Made by a program: the position numbers and the translations under genes
Assembly: GCA_017507145.1 (NCBI GenBank)
Contig: JAFWBJ010000076.1
Coordinates: forward strand, 1 to 48,498
DNA: 48,498 bases
Source: Clostridia bacterium
GTDB lineage: Bacteria > Bacillota > Clostridia > Oscillospirales > CAG-272
Direction: 5' to 3'
Notes under the pieces: model-generated
The model's database searches: none
What the model saw: the letters and a program-made list of their open reading frames with translations, nothing else
Told to the model about the DNA's origin: nothing
Shown here: in pieces, positions 1 to 8,352 of the stretch
Position numbering within the stretch: the first letter of the stretch is position 1
Layout: each line of letters opens with the position of its first letter

Positions 1-618
1 AACTGCTCGATCCAGAGCTATGTCCCCATGCTCACCCCCCTGCTTAAGTACGAGCCGACCGAGATCGTGGCAACCACCTACCAGGCAATCTCCGGCGCCG
101 GCAAGACCTTCAACGAGTGGCCCGAGATGATCGATAATGTCATCCCCTTCATCGGCGGCGAGGAAGAAAAGAGCGAGCAGGAGCCCCTGCGCATCTGGGG
201 CAAGATCGAGAACGGCGAGATCGTCAAGGCCGCAGCGCCGGTCATCACGACGCAGTGCATCCGCGTCCCCGTGTCTGACGGTCACACGGCTGCTGTTTTT
301 GTTAAGTTCGCCAAGAAGCCGACCAAGGAAGAGATCCTTGATGCATGGAAGAATTTCGCCGGCCGTCCGCAGGAGCTGAAGCTCCCGCACGCACCCGAGC
401 AGTTCATCACCTACTTTGAGGAAGACAACCGCCCGCAGGCTGCGCTTGACCGCGACATTTATGGCGGCATGGGCGTCACGGCTGGCCGTCTGCGCGAAGA
501 TCCCGCAGGTATTTACGATTACAAGTTCGTCGGCCTGTCGCACAACACGCTGCGCGGCGCCGCCGGCGGTGCAGTTCTGATCGCCGAGCTGCTCTGCGCC
601 GAAGGCTATTTTGATTGA
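1..618 (+). CDS. asd: aspartate-semialdehyde dehydrogenase, C-terminal part (5' end lies outside the window)
   Basis: Frame 1 is open from base 1. The translation (..TTYQAISGAGKTF..CIRVPVSDGHTAAVFV..GLSHNTLRGAAGGAVLIAELL..) matches the conserved ASD C-terminal half. A hairpin terminator follows. Confidence 0.85.
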   Translation, partial: NCSIQSYVPMLTPLLKYEPTEIVATTYQAISGAGKTFNEWPEMIDNVIPFIGGEEEKSEQEPLRIWGKIENGEIVKAAAPVITTQCIRVPVSDGHTAAVFVKFAKKPTKEEILDAWKNFAGRPQELKLPHAPEQFITYFEEDNRPQAALDRDIYGGMGVTAGRLREDPAGIYDYKFVGLSHNTLRGAAGGAVLIAELLCAEGYFD

Positions 619-626
619 TTGACCCG

Positions 627-658
627 AAAAGGAGACACAGAAATGTGTCTCCTTTTTT
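627..658 (+). terminator. intrinsic terminator after asd
   Basis: AAAAGGAGACACA-gaaa-TGTGTCTCCTTTTTT: a perfect stem followed by a T-run. Confidence 0.7.
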
Positions 659-681
659 GATGGTGATTTGGGCAGAAAGAC

Positions 682-709
682 TTGCATTTGTCGATTTTTA
701 TGGTAAAAT
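682..709 (+). promoter_or_regulatory. sigma-70-type promoter candidate for the acyltransferase gene
   Basis: TTGCAT, 16-nt spacer, TGgTAAAAT (extended -10). Lies about 30 nt upstream of the AGGAGG RBS at 729-734. Confidence 0.5.
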
Positions 710-739
710 ATAAACAGCGAATTTGCACAGGAGGTTTGT

Positions 740-1772
740 ATGACCGCTTCGCCTCGTATTGACACCCGCAATGTCGGCTTTGATCTGCTTCGAACCCTTG
801 CCTGCTTCATGGTGGTGCTGCTGCACGCCTGTGGTATATGACCCCCGTTGAGACCTCGCATTGGGCGGCCATGCACATCTGGAATACCGCGACTCGCGGC
901 GCGGTGCCCGTCTTCTTTATGATCAGCGGCGCGCTGTTCCTTGGCGCACCATATCCCGGCCGCAAACTGTGGCGGAAAAACATTCCGCATCTGGCCGTTG
1001 TGTACATCCTCTGGAGCCTCTTTTACGGCGTGGATAACATGACCATCCCCGGATTTTTGACAGATCCGACAGGGGTGATCGGTCAGGCGCTGGCCGGTCG
1101 GTATCACCTCTGGTTCCTGCCCGCGATGATCGGCATTTATCTGGTGCTTCCCGCTCTGTACGGTGCGGTTCATTACGAGAACGGACGTGCGCTGAAGCCG
1201 CTTCTGTGGGTGTTTGGCCTGTTCGGCATCCTCAGCGGCACGGTGATCGGGCTGGAAGGCATCCTGCCCGGTGAGCTGGTACTGGACGCCCACAAGATCA
1301 ACCCCGAGCTGTGCGGATATTGCGGGTACTTTATCCTCGGCTATGCGCTTTCCCGCATTGATCCCGCAAGACTGCGCCGCTGCTTGTCGGCTTCTTCGGG
1401 ACGGCGGCGATCACCGCGGTGGCCGGAGTGGGCTATTCCCGCCATGTCGGCGCGGCGACAGCGCTGCTGCATGATCGCTTCACCGTCTGCTCCTGCGCGA
1501 TGGCGGTCTGCCTGTTCCTCTTTTTCCGCACGGTGAAGCTCCCCGCTGATTCGCGTACTGCCCGTGTGATCAGATGGCTGGCAGGCTTTACGCTGAGCAT
1601 CTACCTGCTGCATCCTTTTGTACTGGATGTACTCTTTAAGTTCGGCTTTCACACCGACATTGCCCATGGCGCAGTCTCGGTGCCGGTTGTGGCCGTTGTT
1701 GTGGATGCGATTTGCCTTTGCGTTGTTGCGCTGATACGCCTGATTCCCTGGGTAGGGAAGTGGGTTGTGTAA
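740..1772 (+). pseudogene. acyltransferase family 3 (membrane O-acyltransferase) gene interrupted by two frameshifts
   Basis: ATG 740 gives MTASPRIDTRNVGFDLLRTLACFMVVLLHACGI, then TGA at 838-840. The protein continues in a second frame (..HIWNTATRGAVPVFFMISGALFLG..YHLWFLPAMIGIYLV..GYALSRIDP). It continues again in a third frame from about 1362 (SRKTAPLLVGFFGTAAITAVAGVGYS..LSIYLLHPFVLD..) to the stop at 1772. Confidence 0.75.
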
Positions 1773-1796
1773 ATAACGAAATGGAGAAAAGACATC

Positions 1797-2243
1797 ATGA
1801 AAAAAGAAATACGCTTTTACAATGCGCTCTTTCCACTGTGGCTCCTGATGGCGTTTCCTGTCTTCTGGGCGGTGGTTATTCCCGCCAATTTTCTGATTGA
1901 CAGCCTGGTTCTGGTGCTCTTTCTGTTTGTTTTTCGGGTTGAACAGAAGAGAAAGTTCTATATCGGGCACATTCTGCCGGTTTTCTTCTTTGGATTTGCG
2001 GCGGATATCCTCGCTTCGGGTGGGATGCTGCTGGCCACCTTTCTCGGTGTGGGCAGACGGGGGGATGAATGGTACCTCACCGTTCCCGGACTGCTGGCGG
2101 CGGCCGGACTGATTTTCGTGTTCGACTATTTCATCAGTTTTCGGCGCGTGGAGCAGGCAAAACGCCGTCGTTTGGCCCTTGCCATGGCAATTTTGACTGC
2201 GCCGTATACCTTCCTTGTCCCCACTAATTGGATCAGCGGATAA
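1797..2243 (+). CDS. hypothetical small polytopic membrane protein
   Basis: 148-aa ORF with a GGAGA RBS about 10 nt upstream. It has four or so hydrophobic segments (FPLWLLMAFPVFWAVVIPANFLIDSLVLVLFLFVF..). No family recognised. Confidence 0.55.
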   Translation: MKKEIRFYNALFPLWLLMAFPVFWAVVIPANFLIDSLVLVLFLFVFRVEQKRKFYIGHILPVFFFGFAADILASGGMLLATFLGVGRRGDEWYLTVPGLLAAAGLIFVFDYFISFRRVEQAKRRRLALAMAILTAPYTFLVPTNWISG

Positions 2244-2316
2244 AAGTTTGTGCAAAATCGCCAAAAAAAGGCATGATATTTCTCTGTTCTGATTTCAAAA
2301 AAATGAAACCAAACGC

Positions 2317-2345
2317 TTGCAATTCGCACTTATTTGCGGTATAAT
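2317..2345 (+). promoter_or_regulatory. sigma-70-type promoter candidate upstream of the EF-G paralogue
   Basis: TTGCAA, 17 nt, TATAAT. Leaves a leader of about 115 nt before ATG 2462. Confidence 0.55.
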
Positions 2346-2461
2346 GAAAAACGGTATCGTGATTTTGTACATAACCAAGGAAACACTATCTCGATTTATC
2401 ATACTCATTTTACACGAAAGGAAATTCCCCGCGCCCGGCGCAGGGAATTGGTACGCACATC

Positions 2462-4531
2462 ATGGGAAAACAGGAAACGAAAAAGATTCGTAATGTTGCG
2501 CTGCTCGGTCACGGTAGCAGCGGTAAGACCTCGCTGGCAGAGGCTATGCTCTACATCAGCGACGGAACCGATCGTCTGGGCAAGACGCCCGATGGCAACA
2601 CGGTGTGCGATTATGATGCAGAAGAGATCCGCCGCGGTTTCTCGCTGCAGACCGCAATTGCACCGATTACCTGGAAAGATATCAAGATCAATATGATCGA
2701 CACCCCCGGTTACCTGGATTTCGTCGGCGAAGTCGCACAGGGCCTGCGCGTTGCAGATAGTGCGGTTATCGTGGTCGACGGTAAGGCCGGTATCGAGGTC
2801 GGTACCGAGCTGGCATGGGATTATGCAACCGACGCCGGTATCCCGAAGGCATTCTTCATCAACAAGTTTGACGATCCCGAGGCTCGCTTCCGCAAGGTCT
2901 TCGATCAGCTGCATGATCGCTTTGGCGTCTCCGTCTGCCCGCTGGTTATCCCGATGATCGACGGCGATAAGGTTACCGCCTTCCTCGACCTGATCGATAT
3001 GAAGAGCTACACCTACAACTCCAAGGGCGGTTACGGCTCGGCTGAAATTCCCGAGGCCTTCATCCCCGAGGCAGAGAAGTACCGTGAGGTCCTCTTTGAG
3101 GCCATTGCTTCAACCAACGACGAGCTGATGGATAAGTTCTTCGGCGGCGAGGAGATCACCCGTGAAGAGGCTGTTCTGGCCATCCACGAGGGTATCCTGC
3201 ACGGCGAGATCGTTCCGGTCATCTGCGGCGCAGCAACCAAGCTGTGGGGTGTTGGCAACCTGCTCGACATCATCGAGGAGTCCTTCCCGCGTCACACCGC
3301 AAAGGGCAGCGAGAAGATCGTCACCGACGACGGCATCGGCGAGCTGCCGATCGAGCCGGACGGCCTGCCTTCCATCTTCGTCTTCAAGACCATCGCCGAC
3401 CCGTTCGTAGGCAAGATGTCCTTCTTCAAGGTCATGCAGGGCGAGCTGAAGCGCGATGCAGTGCTCAAGAACGTCACCACCGGTCAGCATGAGAAGCTGG
3501 CACACATCTATGTCATGAAGGGCAAGAAGCAGACCGAGGTCGATGTGCTCAACTGCGGCGACATCGGTATGGTTGCTAAGCTGTCCAACACCAACACCAA
3601 CGATACGCTTACCGCTGACCGTCCGATCGCTTATACGCCCATCGTTTATCCGAAGCCCTACCTCAGCATGGCTGTTCTGCCTGCCGCTAAGGGCGACGAG
3701 GATAAGATCTCCGGCGGTATCAGCCGTCTGCTCGAGGAAGACCTCACCCTGAAGTTCGAGAACGACGCAGAGACCAAGCAGCTGGTTCTCTCGGGCATGG
3801 GCGACATTCACCTGGATGTCACGGTTGCCAAGCTCAAGAGCCGCTCCAACGTAGCGGTTAAACTGATTGCCCCCAAGATCCCCTACCGTGAGACCATCAC
3901 CAAGACCGTTCAGGTCGAAGGTAAGCATAAGAAGCAGTCGGGCGGTCACGGCCAGTACGGTCACGTCAAGATCACCTTCAAGCCGGGTGAGGAAGACGGC
4001 CTGACCTTCACCGAGTCCACCGTCGGCGGCTCGGTTCCGAAGAATTTCCATCCCGCAGTCGAGAAGGGCCTGCTGGAGGCAATGCAGAAGGGCGTTGCAG
4101 GTTATCCTGTCGTTCGCCTTGCTGCTGACCTCTATGACGGTTCCTACCACGATGTCGACTCTTCGGAAATGTCCTTCAAGATGGCTGCATCCCTGGCTTA
4201 CAAGGAGTGCCTGAAGCAGGCGAAGCCCGTTATCCTTGAGCCGGTTGGCGCGCTGTACGTCACCGTTCCCGAGGACATGGTGGGCGACGTCATGGGCGAC
4301 CTCAACAAGCGCCGCGGCCGCGTTCTGGGCATGAATCCTGCTGAGAACAAGAAGGGCTATACCGTAGTCGAGGCCGAAGTGCCGAAGTCCGAGATGATGG
4401 ACTACACCATCGCCCTCCGCGCGTCCACGCAGGGCCGCGGCAGCTTTGCGTACGAGTTTGTCCGCTACGAGGAAGTTCCTGCGAACATCGCACAGAAGAT
4501 TATCGCTGAGGCAGCTAAGGATGCCGAGTAA
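2462..4531 (+). CDS. elongation factor G family GTPase, EF-G2-type paralogue
   Basis: 689 aa. G1 motif LLGHGSSGKTSL, DTPGYLDF, NKFD, then ..GKHKKQSGGHGQYGHV.., ..YHDVDSSEMSFKMAA.. and a C-terminal ..YEEVPANIAQKII. This is the five-domain EF-G layout and resembles Thermus EF-G-2 rather than canonical AHIDAGKTT EF-G. Confidence 0.9.
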   Translation: MGKQETKKIRNVALLGHGSSGKTSLAEAMLYISDGTDRLGKTPDGNTVCDYDAEEIRRGFSLQTAIAPITWKDIKINMIDTPGYLDFVGEVAQGLRVADSAVIVVDGKAGIEVGTELAWDYATDAGIPKAFFINKFDDPEARFRKVFDQLHDRFGVSVCPLVIPMIDGDKVTAFLDLIDMKSYTYNSKGGYGSAEIPEAFIPEAEKYREVLFEAIASTNDELMDKFFGGEEITREEAVLAIHEGILHGEIVPVICGAATKLWGVGNLLDIIEESFPRHTAKGSEKIVTDDGIGELPIEPDGLPSIFVFKTIADPFVGKMSFFKVMQGELKRDAVLKNVTTGQHEKLAHIYVMKGKKQTEVDVLNCGDIGMVAKLSNTNTNDTLTADRPIAYTPIVYPKPYLSMAVLPAAKGDEDKISGGISRLLEEDLTLKFENDAETKQLVLSGMGDIHLDVTVAKLKSRSNVAVKLIAPKIPYRETITKTVQVEGKHKKQSGGHGQYGHVKITFKPGEEDGLTFTESTVGGSVPKNFHPAVEKGLLEAMQKGVAGYPVVRLAADLYDGSYHDVDSSEMSFKMAASLAYKECLKQAKPVILEPVGALYVTVPEDMVGDVMGDLNKRRGRVLGMNPAENKKGYTVVEAEVPKSEMMDYTIALRASTQGRGSFAYEFVRYEEVPANIAQKIIAEAAKDAE

Positions 4532-4544
4532 TTGAATAAGACCG

Positions 4545-4738
4545 TGGGGGAGTGCTTTGGGAAAAAAGCACTCCCCCACATCCCGAAAAAACTTCCCAAC
4601 AACTGCGCTTGATTTAGGTAACTGCTAATCGATGCAGAAACCAAACAAGCCGTTTGTTGGGAAGTTTTTGCGGAGTTAAGAGGGGCTTTTTTCAAAAAGC
4701 CCCTCTTGTGGGGTGCGGGGTGAAGCCCCGCGGCCTTA
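4545..4738. repeat. composite (inverted-pair) copy of the double-hairpin repeat family
   Basis: Left arm: hairpin GTGGGGGAGTGCTT..AAGCACTCCCCCAC plus CGAAAAAACTTCCCAACAA (4584-4602). Right arm: TTGTTGGGAAGTTTTTGCG (4654-4672), hairpin A AAGAGGGGCTTTTTTCAAAAAGCCCCTCTT (4678-4707), hairpin B GCGGGGtgaaGCCCCGC (4715-4731), then GGCCTTA. Confidence 0.6.
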
Positions 4739-4754
4739 TTTCCGATCATGCATA

Positions 4755-5093
4755 TTATTTACGATAATATGTGTAATACGCAATCACAGTTCGCTCCTCA
4801 CCGCCGTGCTCGTAGTCGGGCGCAGTGATGATGGCCCCCTCCAGCGAGAGCAACTCGGAGGCGCGCATTTCTTCAACCTTGGTGCGCAGTACGATGTCGC
4901 CCGAGGAGAAGACAATGAACTCTCCGTCGCGCAGACTCAGGCATCCGTCACGGCCGATGATCTCATCAACATCCCCCCGCCGCTCGGTGCAGTATTTGAT
5001 ATGCCGCCCGGCCAGATGCTGGGCCATTTCCTCCTTGAAGCGCCGGCTGTTCTCATTTTTGGGGCGTATGCGCTTTTTCAGAAAGTTAAACAT
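4755..5093 (-). CDS. hypothetical protein
   Basis: ORF 4755-5105. The second ATG (5093, MFNFLKKR..) is preferred because GGAGGAA sits 5 nt upstream of it. No family recognised. Confidence 0.5.
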   Translation of the reverse strand: MFNFLKKRIRPKNENSRRFKEEMAQHLAGRHIKYCTERRGDVDEIIGRDGCLSLRDGEFIVFSSGDIVLRTKVEEMRASELLSLEGAIITAPDYEHGGEERTVIAYYTYYRK

Positions 5094-5162
5094 AAATTCC
5101 TCCAAAAAATGGTGAAAAATCTGTGCAAATGTCCGAAAAAATTGTGAAATATGGTTTTTCTA

Positions 5163-5190
5163 TTGACATTTTATGAGATTGTGGTATACT
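5163..5190 (+). promoter_or_regulatory. sigma-70-type promoter candidate for the ABC-DUF1854-ABC operon
   Basis: TTGACA, 16 nt, TGgTATACT (extended -10). Confidence 0.55.
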
Positions 5191-5348
5191 CTCCACGATG
5201 TATTTAAACATATTTTTGGTCATGTGTCTGCAGTGGATTTGCTTTTCTTCGGCAGACAAGATAAGTATACCATATTTCCCCTCCATTCTGCAAGAGGTTT
5301 TGCAAAAACAATTTGAACGGATGGGAAACGGTGAAAGGATGTGTTGAA

Positions 5349-7688
5349 ATGCTGCCACTGGATAAGCTCACCGACCGTGCACGCGAAGGCTTTCTTGCGC
5401 ATGGCTGTGATGTCGAATCGTTCGATGCGGTTCTGTCCCTGGATATGACCCTTGACGGGGCATTTGGTCAGACCTGGCTGGCACTGGACCGAATACGAAA
5501 ACGATTGTATCGTCTCTGTGAAGATGACGGTTCCTTTGATGATTTTTCGCTTGCGTTGCTTGTTACTCCGTATGTAGACAATTTTACGTCTTCAAACAGA
5601 TTGCTCGCTCATGCACATCAAGATCCCATGCCCGAGCAGGGAACACTTGATGAAAAGGAATACGAGAATTTACTTGAGGATTATCGGCGGTTGGGAAATA
5701 CCGTCGTCATTGGCTATTGTACGAATGCATGCAAACGCAAGCTTTTTGCGTTTGTGCACCTGTGGAACCGCTATGCCGAAGGGGGAGAGGTCACCGAGGA
5801 TGACCCCATCTTCGAGCAGTTCAACGCCAAATGCCCCAAGTGCGGCACCGTCTATGCTGACCAGCAGCGCCGAATCTGCGAGCACTGCGTCAAGAAGAGT
5901 GCGACCATGATCCGCCTGCTTGCCTACTTCAAGGATTTTAAGCTGCAGTTTGGCACTGTTATGTTCTGCCTCTTAGCCAGCGCGGGCATTTCTCTGCTGA
6001 CGCCCATCATCAGCAATCAGCTCTTCTACGACCAGGTGATCGCGCCGCCGAAGTGGAACGAAGCGGGCGAGCAGATCCAGGGCCGCCTGCATAGTGTCGA
6101 GTGGGTCTACATCATGGTTGCCATCCTCTTAGGCATGGCGTTGCTGTCGCTGGTTATCGGCATCATCCAGAACCGCGCCAATGCCTATATGTCCACCCGC
6201 GTGACCAAAAACATGAAGAACGACCTCTTCCGTGCCCTTCAGCACCTGTCGCTCTCCTATTTTAATCAAAACTCCACCGGCCGTCTCATCAACCGCGTCA
6301 ACTACGATGCCGTCAAAATCCGTTCCTTCTACATCGACGGTGTGCCGCATTTCATCGTCAATATGCTCAACTTCATCGGCTTGACGATCTTCCTCTTCTC
6401 GATCAACTGGAAGCTGACGCTGATCGTGTATATCCCTGTGCCGATCGTCGTCTGTATCTTTAAGTTCATGCTGCCCAAGCTCTGGCGGATGTATTCGAAG
6501 CAGTGGCGCCGTTCCTCTTCGCTCAATTCGATGCTGGGCGATTCGCTTAACGGTATCCGCGTGGTCAAGGCTTTTGCTAAGGAGGCAGAAGAGACCAACC
6601 GCTTCTACCAGTACTCCGAGAAGCTTTACCAAGCCAACCTCCAGACCAACCTCGTGCACCTCACCATTTTCCCGGTCATCAGCCTGCTCATCGGTATTTC
6701 CTCGCAGGCCATCTGGGGCTTCGGCGGTATCCAGGTCATGGGCGAGACGATGACCTACGGTCAGTTCGCCACCTACCTCGGCTACGTCGGCATGATCTTC
6801 GGGCCGCTGAACTTCTTCACCAACTTCACCAATATGCTCACCGATACCATCAACTCGGCCGTGCGCATGTTCGAGACGCTGGACATGATCCCCGAGATCA
6901 CCGACGCGCCGAACGCCGTCGAGCTGGATTCGATCAAGGGTGAGATCGTCTTCGATCGCGTGGGCTTTCACTATACGCCCAACCGCCCGATCCTCAAGGA
7001 CGTTTCGTTTACCATCCACGCCGGCGATCACGTTGGCCTTGTCGGCCACACCGGCAGCGGAAAGAGCACCATCGCTAACCTGATTACCCGTATGTACGAC
7101 GTCATCAGCGGCTCGATCTCGATCGACGGCCATAACGTCAAGGACATCAAGGTCGATTCGCTCCGCCGCAATATCTCGATCGTATCGCAGGAGATCTACC
7201 TCTTCCACGGCACGATCGCCGACAACATCCGCTACGCCCGTCCCGACGCCAGCATGGAGGAAGTTATCGCCGCTGCCCGCGCAGCCAACGCGCATGATTT
7301 CATCCTGCGCCTGCCCGAGGGGTATGAGACGATGATCGGCATTGGCCGCCGCTCGCTGTCGGGCGGTGAACGCCAGCGCATCTCGATCGCCCGCGCTCTG
7401 CTGATGAAGCCCTCGCTGCTCATCCTCGACGAGGCGACCGCCGCAATGGACACCGAAACCGAGCGCCTCATCAGCGATGCCATCGAGCGTCTGATCGAGG
7501 GCAGAACGACTATCACCATCGCACACCGCCTCTCGACGCTCAAGGACTGCAACTACCTCATGGCCATCGAGAACGGCGAGATTGCCGAGTCGGGCACCGC
7601 CGAAGAGCTGATGGAAAAGAAGGGCGTTTATTATAAGCTCTACACGCTGCAGAATGAACAGATGAAGAAGGTCATGGCGGGGCTTTAA
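5349..7688 (+). CDS. ABC exporter half-transporter (TMD-NBD) with an N-terminal cytosolic domain of about 190 aa ending in a zinc ribbon
   Basis: Start chosen at ATG 5349 (AAAGGA RBS). The N-terminal region has CPKCGTVYADQQRRICEHC, followed by six predicted TM helices. NBD motifs are GHTGSGKST, LSGGERQR and LLILDEATAAMD. Confidence 0.9.
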   Translation: MLPLDKLTDRAREGFLAHGCDVESFDAVLSLDMTLDGAFGQTWLALDRIRKRLYRLCEDDGSFDDFSLALLVTPYVDNFTSSNRLLAHAHQDPMPEQGTLDEKEYENLLEDYRRLGNTVVIGYCTNACKRKLFAFVHLWNRYAEGGEVTEDDPIFEQFNAKCPKCGTVYADQQRRICEHCVKKSATMIRLLAYFKDFKLQFGTVMFCLLASAGISLLTPIISNQLFYDQVIAPPKWNEAGEQIQGRLHSVEWVYIMVAILLGMALLSLVIGIIQNRANAYMSTRVTKNMKNDLFRALQHLSLSYFNQNSTGRLINRVNYDAVKIRSFYIDGVPHFIVNMLNFIGLTIFLFSINWKLTLIVYIPVPIVVCIFKFMLPKLWRMYSKQWRRSSSLNSMLGDSLNGIRVVKAFAKEAEETNRFYQYSEKLYQANLQTNLVHLTIFPVISLLIGISSQAIWGFGGIQVMGETMTYGQFATYLGYVGMIFGPLNFFTNFTNMLTDTINSAVRMFETLDMIPEITDAPNAVELDSIKGEIVFDRVGFHYTPNRPILKDVSFTIHAGDHVGLVGHTGSGKSTIANLITRMYDVISGSISIDGHNVKDIKVDSLRRNISIVSQEIYLFHGTIADNIRYARPDASMEEVIAAARAANAHDFILRLPEGYETMIGIGRRSLSGGERQRISIARALLMKPSLLILDEATAAMDTETERLISDAIERLIEGRTTITIAHRLSTLKDCNYLMAIENGEIAESGTAEELMEKKGVYYKLYTLQNEQMKKVMAGL

Positions 7689-7736
7689 GCGGCCGCTGAC
7701 ACACTTTTGCCCCAGTGGCAGAAAGGAATGAACATC

Positions 7737-8321
7737 ATGGCTGAAACCAAGCTGAAAAAGACCGATGTCCTCTCCGACGAGGACGCGGCGCTCTTTGAGA
7801 AACGCGAGTCCATCATGCTGACCCCCGAGAATGCCACCTTCTCCCGCTCAGAAGGCGGGCTGATTTCGCTCGATATCATTAACGCCAAGGGCGAGGAAGA
7901 GCATTTCGAGCGCGTTGTCGTGCTGCGCTCTTTCCCGATCACCGATCCCGACGATTACATCGCCATCCGCGAGCCCGAGACGCGCAAGAGCCAGCGCGGC
8001 CAGGAAATCGGTCTGATTCGCAACATCCACGATTTCGACGAGTCGACCGTTGCACTGCTGCGCGAAGAGCTTGACCGCCGCTATTTCACCCCCGAGCTGT
8101 ATAAGATCTACTCGGTCAAGGAAAAATTCGGCTACTCCTACTGGGAGGCCGACACCTCGGCCGGCAAGGTCACCTTCGTGCTCAACAATCCTTCCTCGAA
8201 CATCCGCATCCTTGAGGATGACCGTATTTTCATTTTCGATATCGACGGCAACTGCTTCCAGATCACCGATCCGGCCAAGCTCGATCGCAACAGCTATCGC
8301 AAGATTGAGATCTACCTGTAA
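7737..8321 (+). CDS. DUF1854-like protein (ABC-transporter-associated, function unknown)
   Basis: Start at ATG 7737, 9 nt after GAAAGGA. The sequence (..LRSFPITDPDDYIAIRE..EIGLIRNIHDFD..LREELDRRYFTPELYKIYSVKE..YWEADTSAGKVTF..IFDIDGNCFQITDPAKLDRNSYRKIE) matches my recollection of the DUF1854 pattern. It sits between the two ABC genes. Confidence 0.7.
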   Translation: MAETKLKKTDVLSDEDAALFEKRESIMLTPENATFSRSEGGLISLDIINAKGEEEHFERVVVLRSFPITDPDDYIAIREPETRKSQRGQEIGLIRNIHDFDESTVALLREELDRRYFTPELYKIYSVKEKFGYSYWEADTSAGKVTFVLNNPSSNIRILEDDRIFIFDIDGNCFQITDPAKLDRNSYRKIEIYL

Positions 8322-8352
8322 TCGGAACGTCATCGCATAAAGGAGTATTTCC

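Noticed and set aside
2345-2497. Small upstream ORF (about 50 codons) starting at ATG 2345 in the EF-G leader.
   Set aside because: The ATG overlaps the predicted -10 hexamer, so it would precede the transcription start. There is no RBS and it runs out of frame into the EF-G gene.
3110-4579. 489-aa ORF antisense to the EF-G paralogue. Similar long shadow ORFs occur at 1341-2264, 6129-7526, 9139-10776, 12764-13978, 14129-15211, 20032-22029, 25774-27486, 28756-29760, 38612-40483, 42112-43395 and 45453-46991.
   Set aside because: Each lies fully inside, and antisense to, a gene with clear family motifs. Their translations are Arg/Ala/Gly/Asp-rich low-complexity sequence typical of stop-poor antisense frames in GC-rich DNA. 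None has an RBS or recognisable domain.
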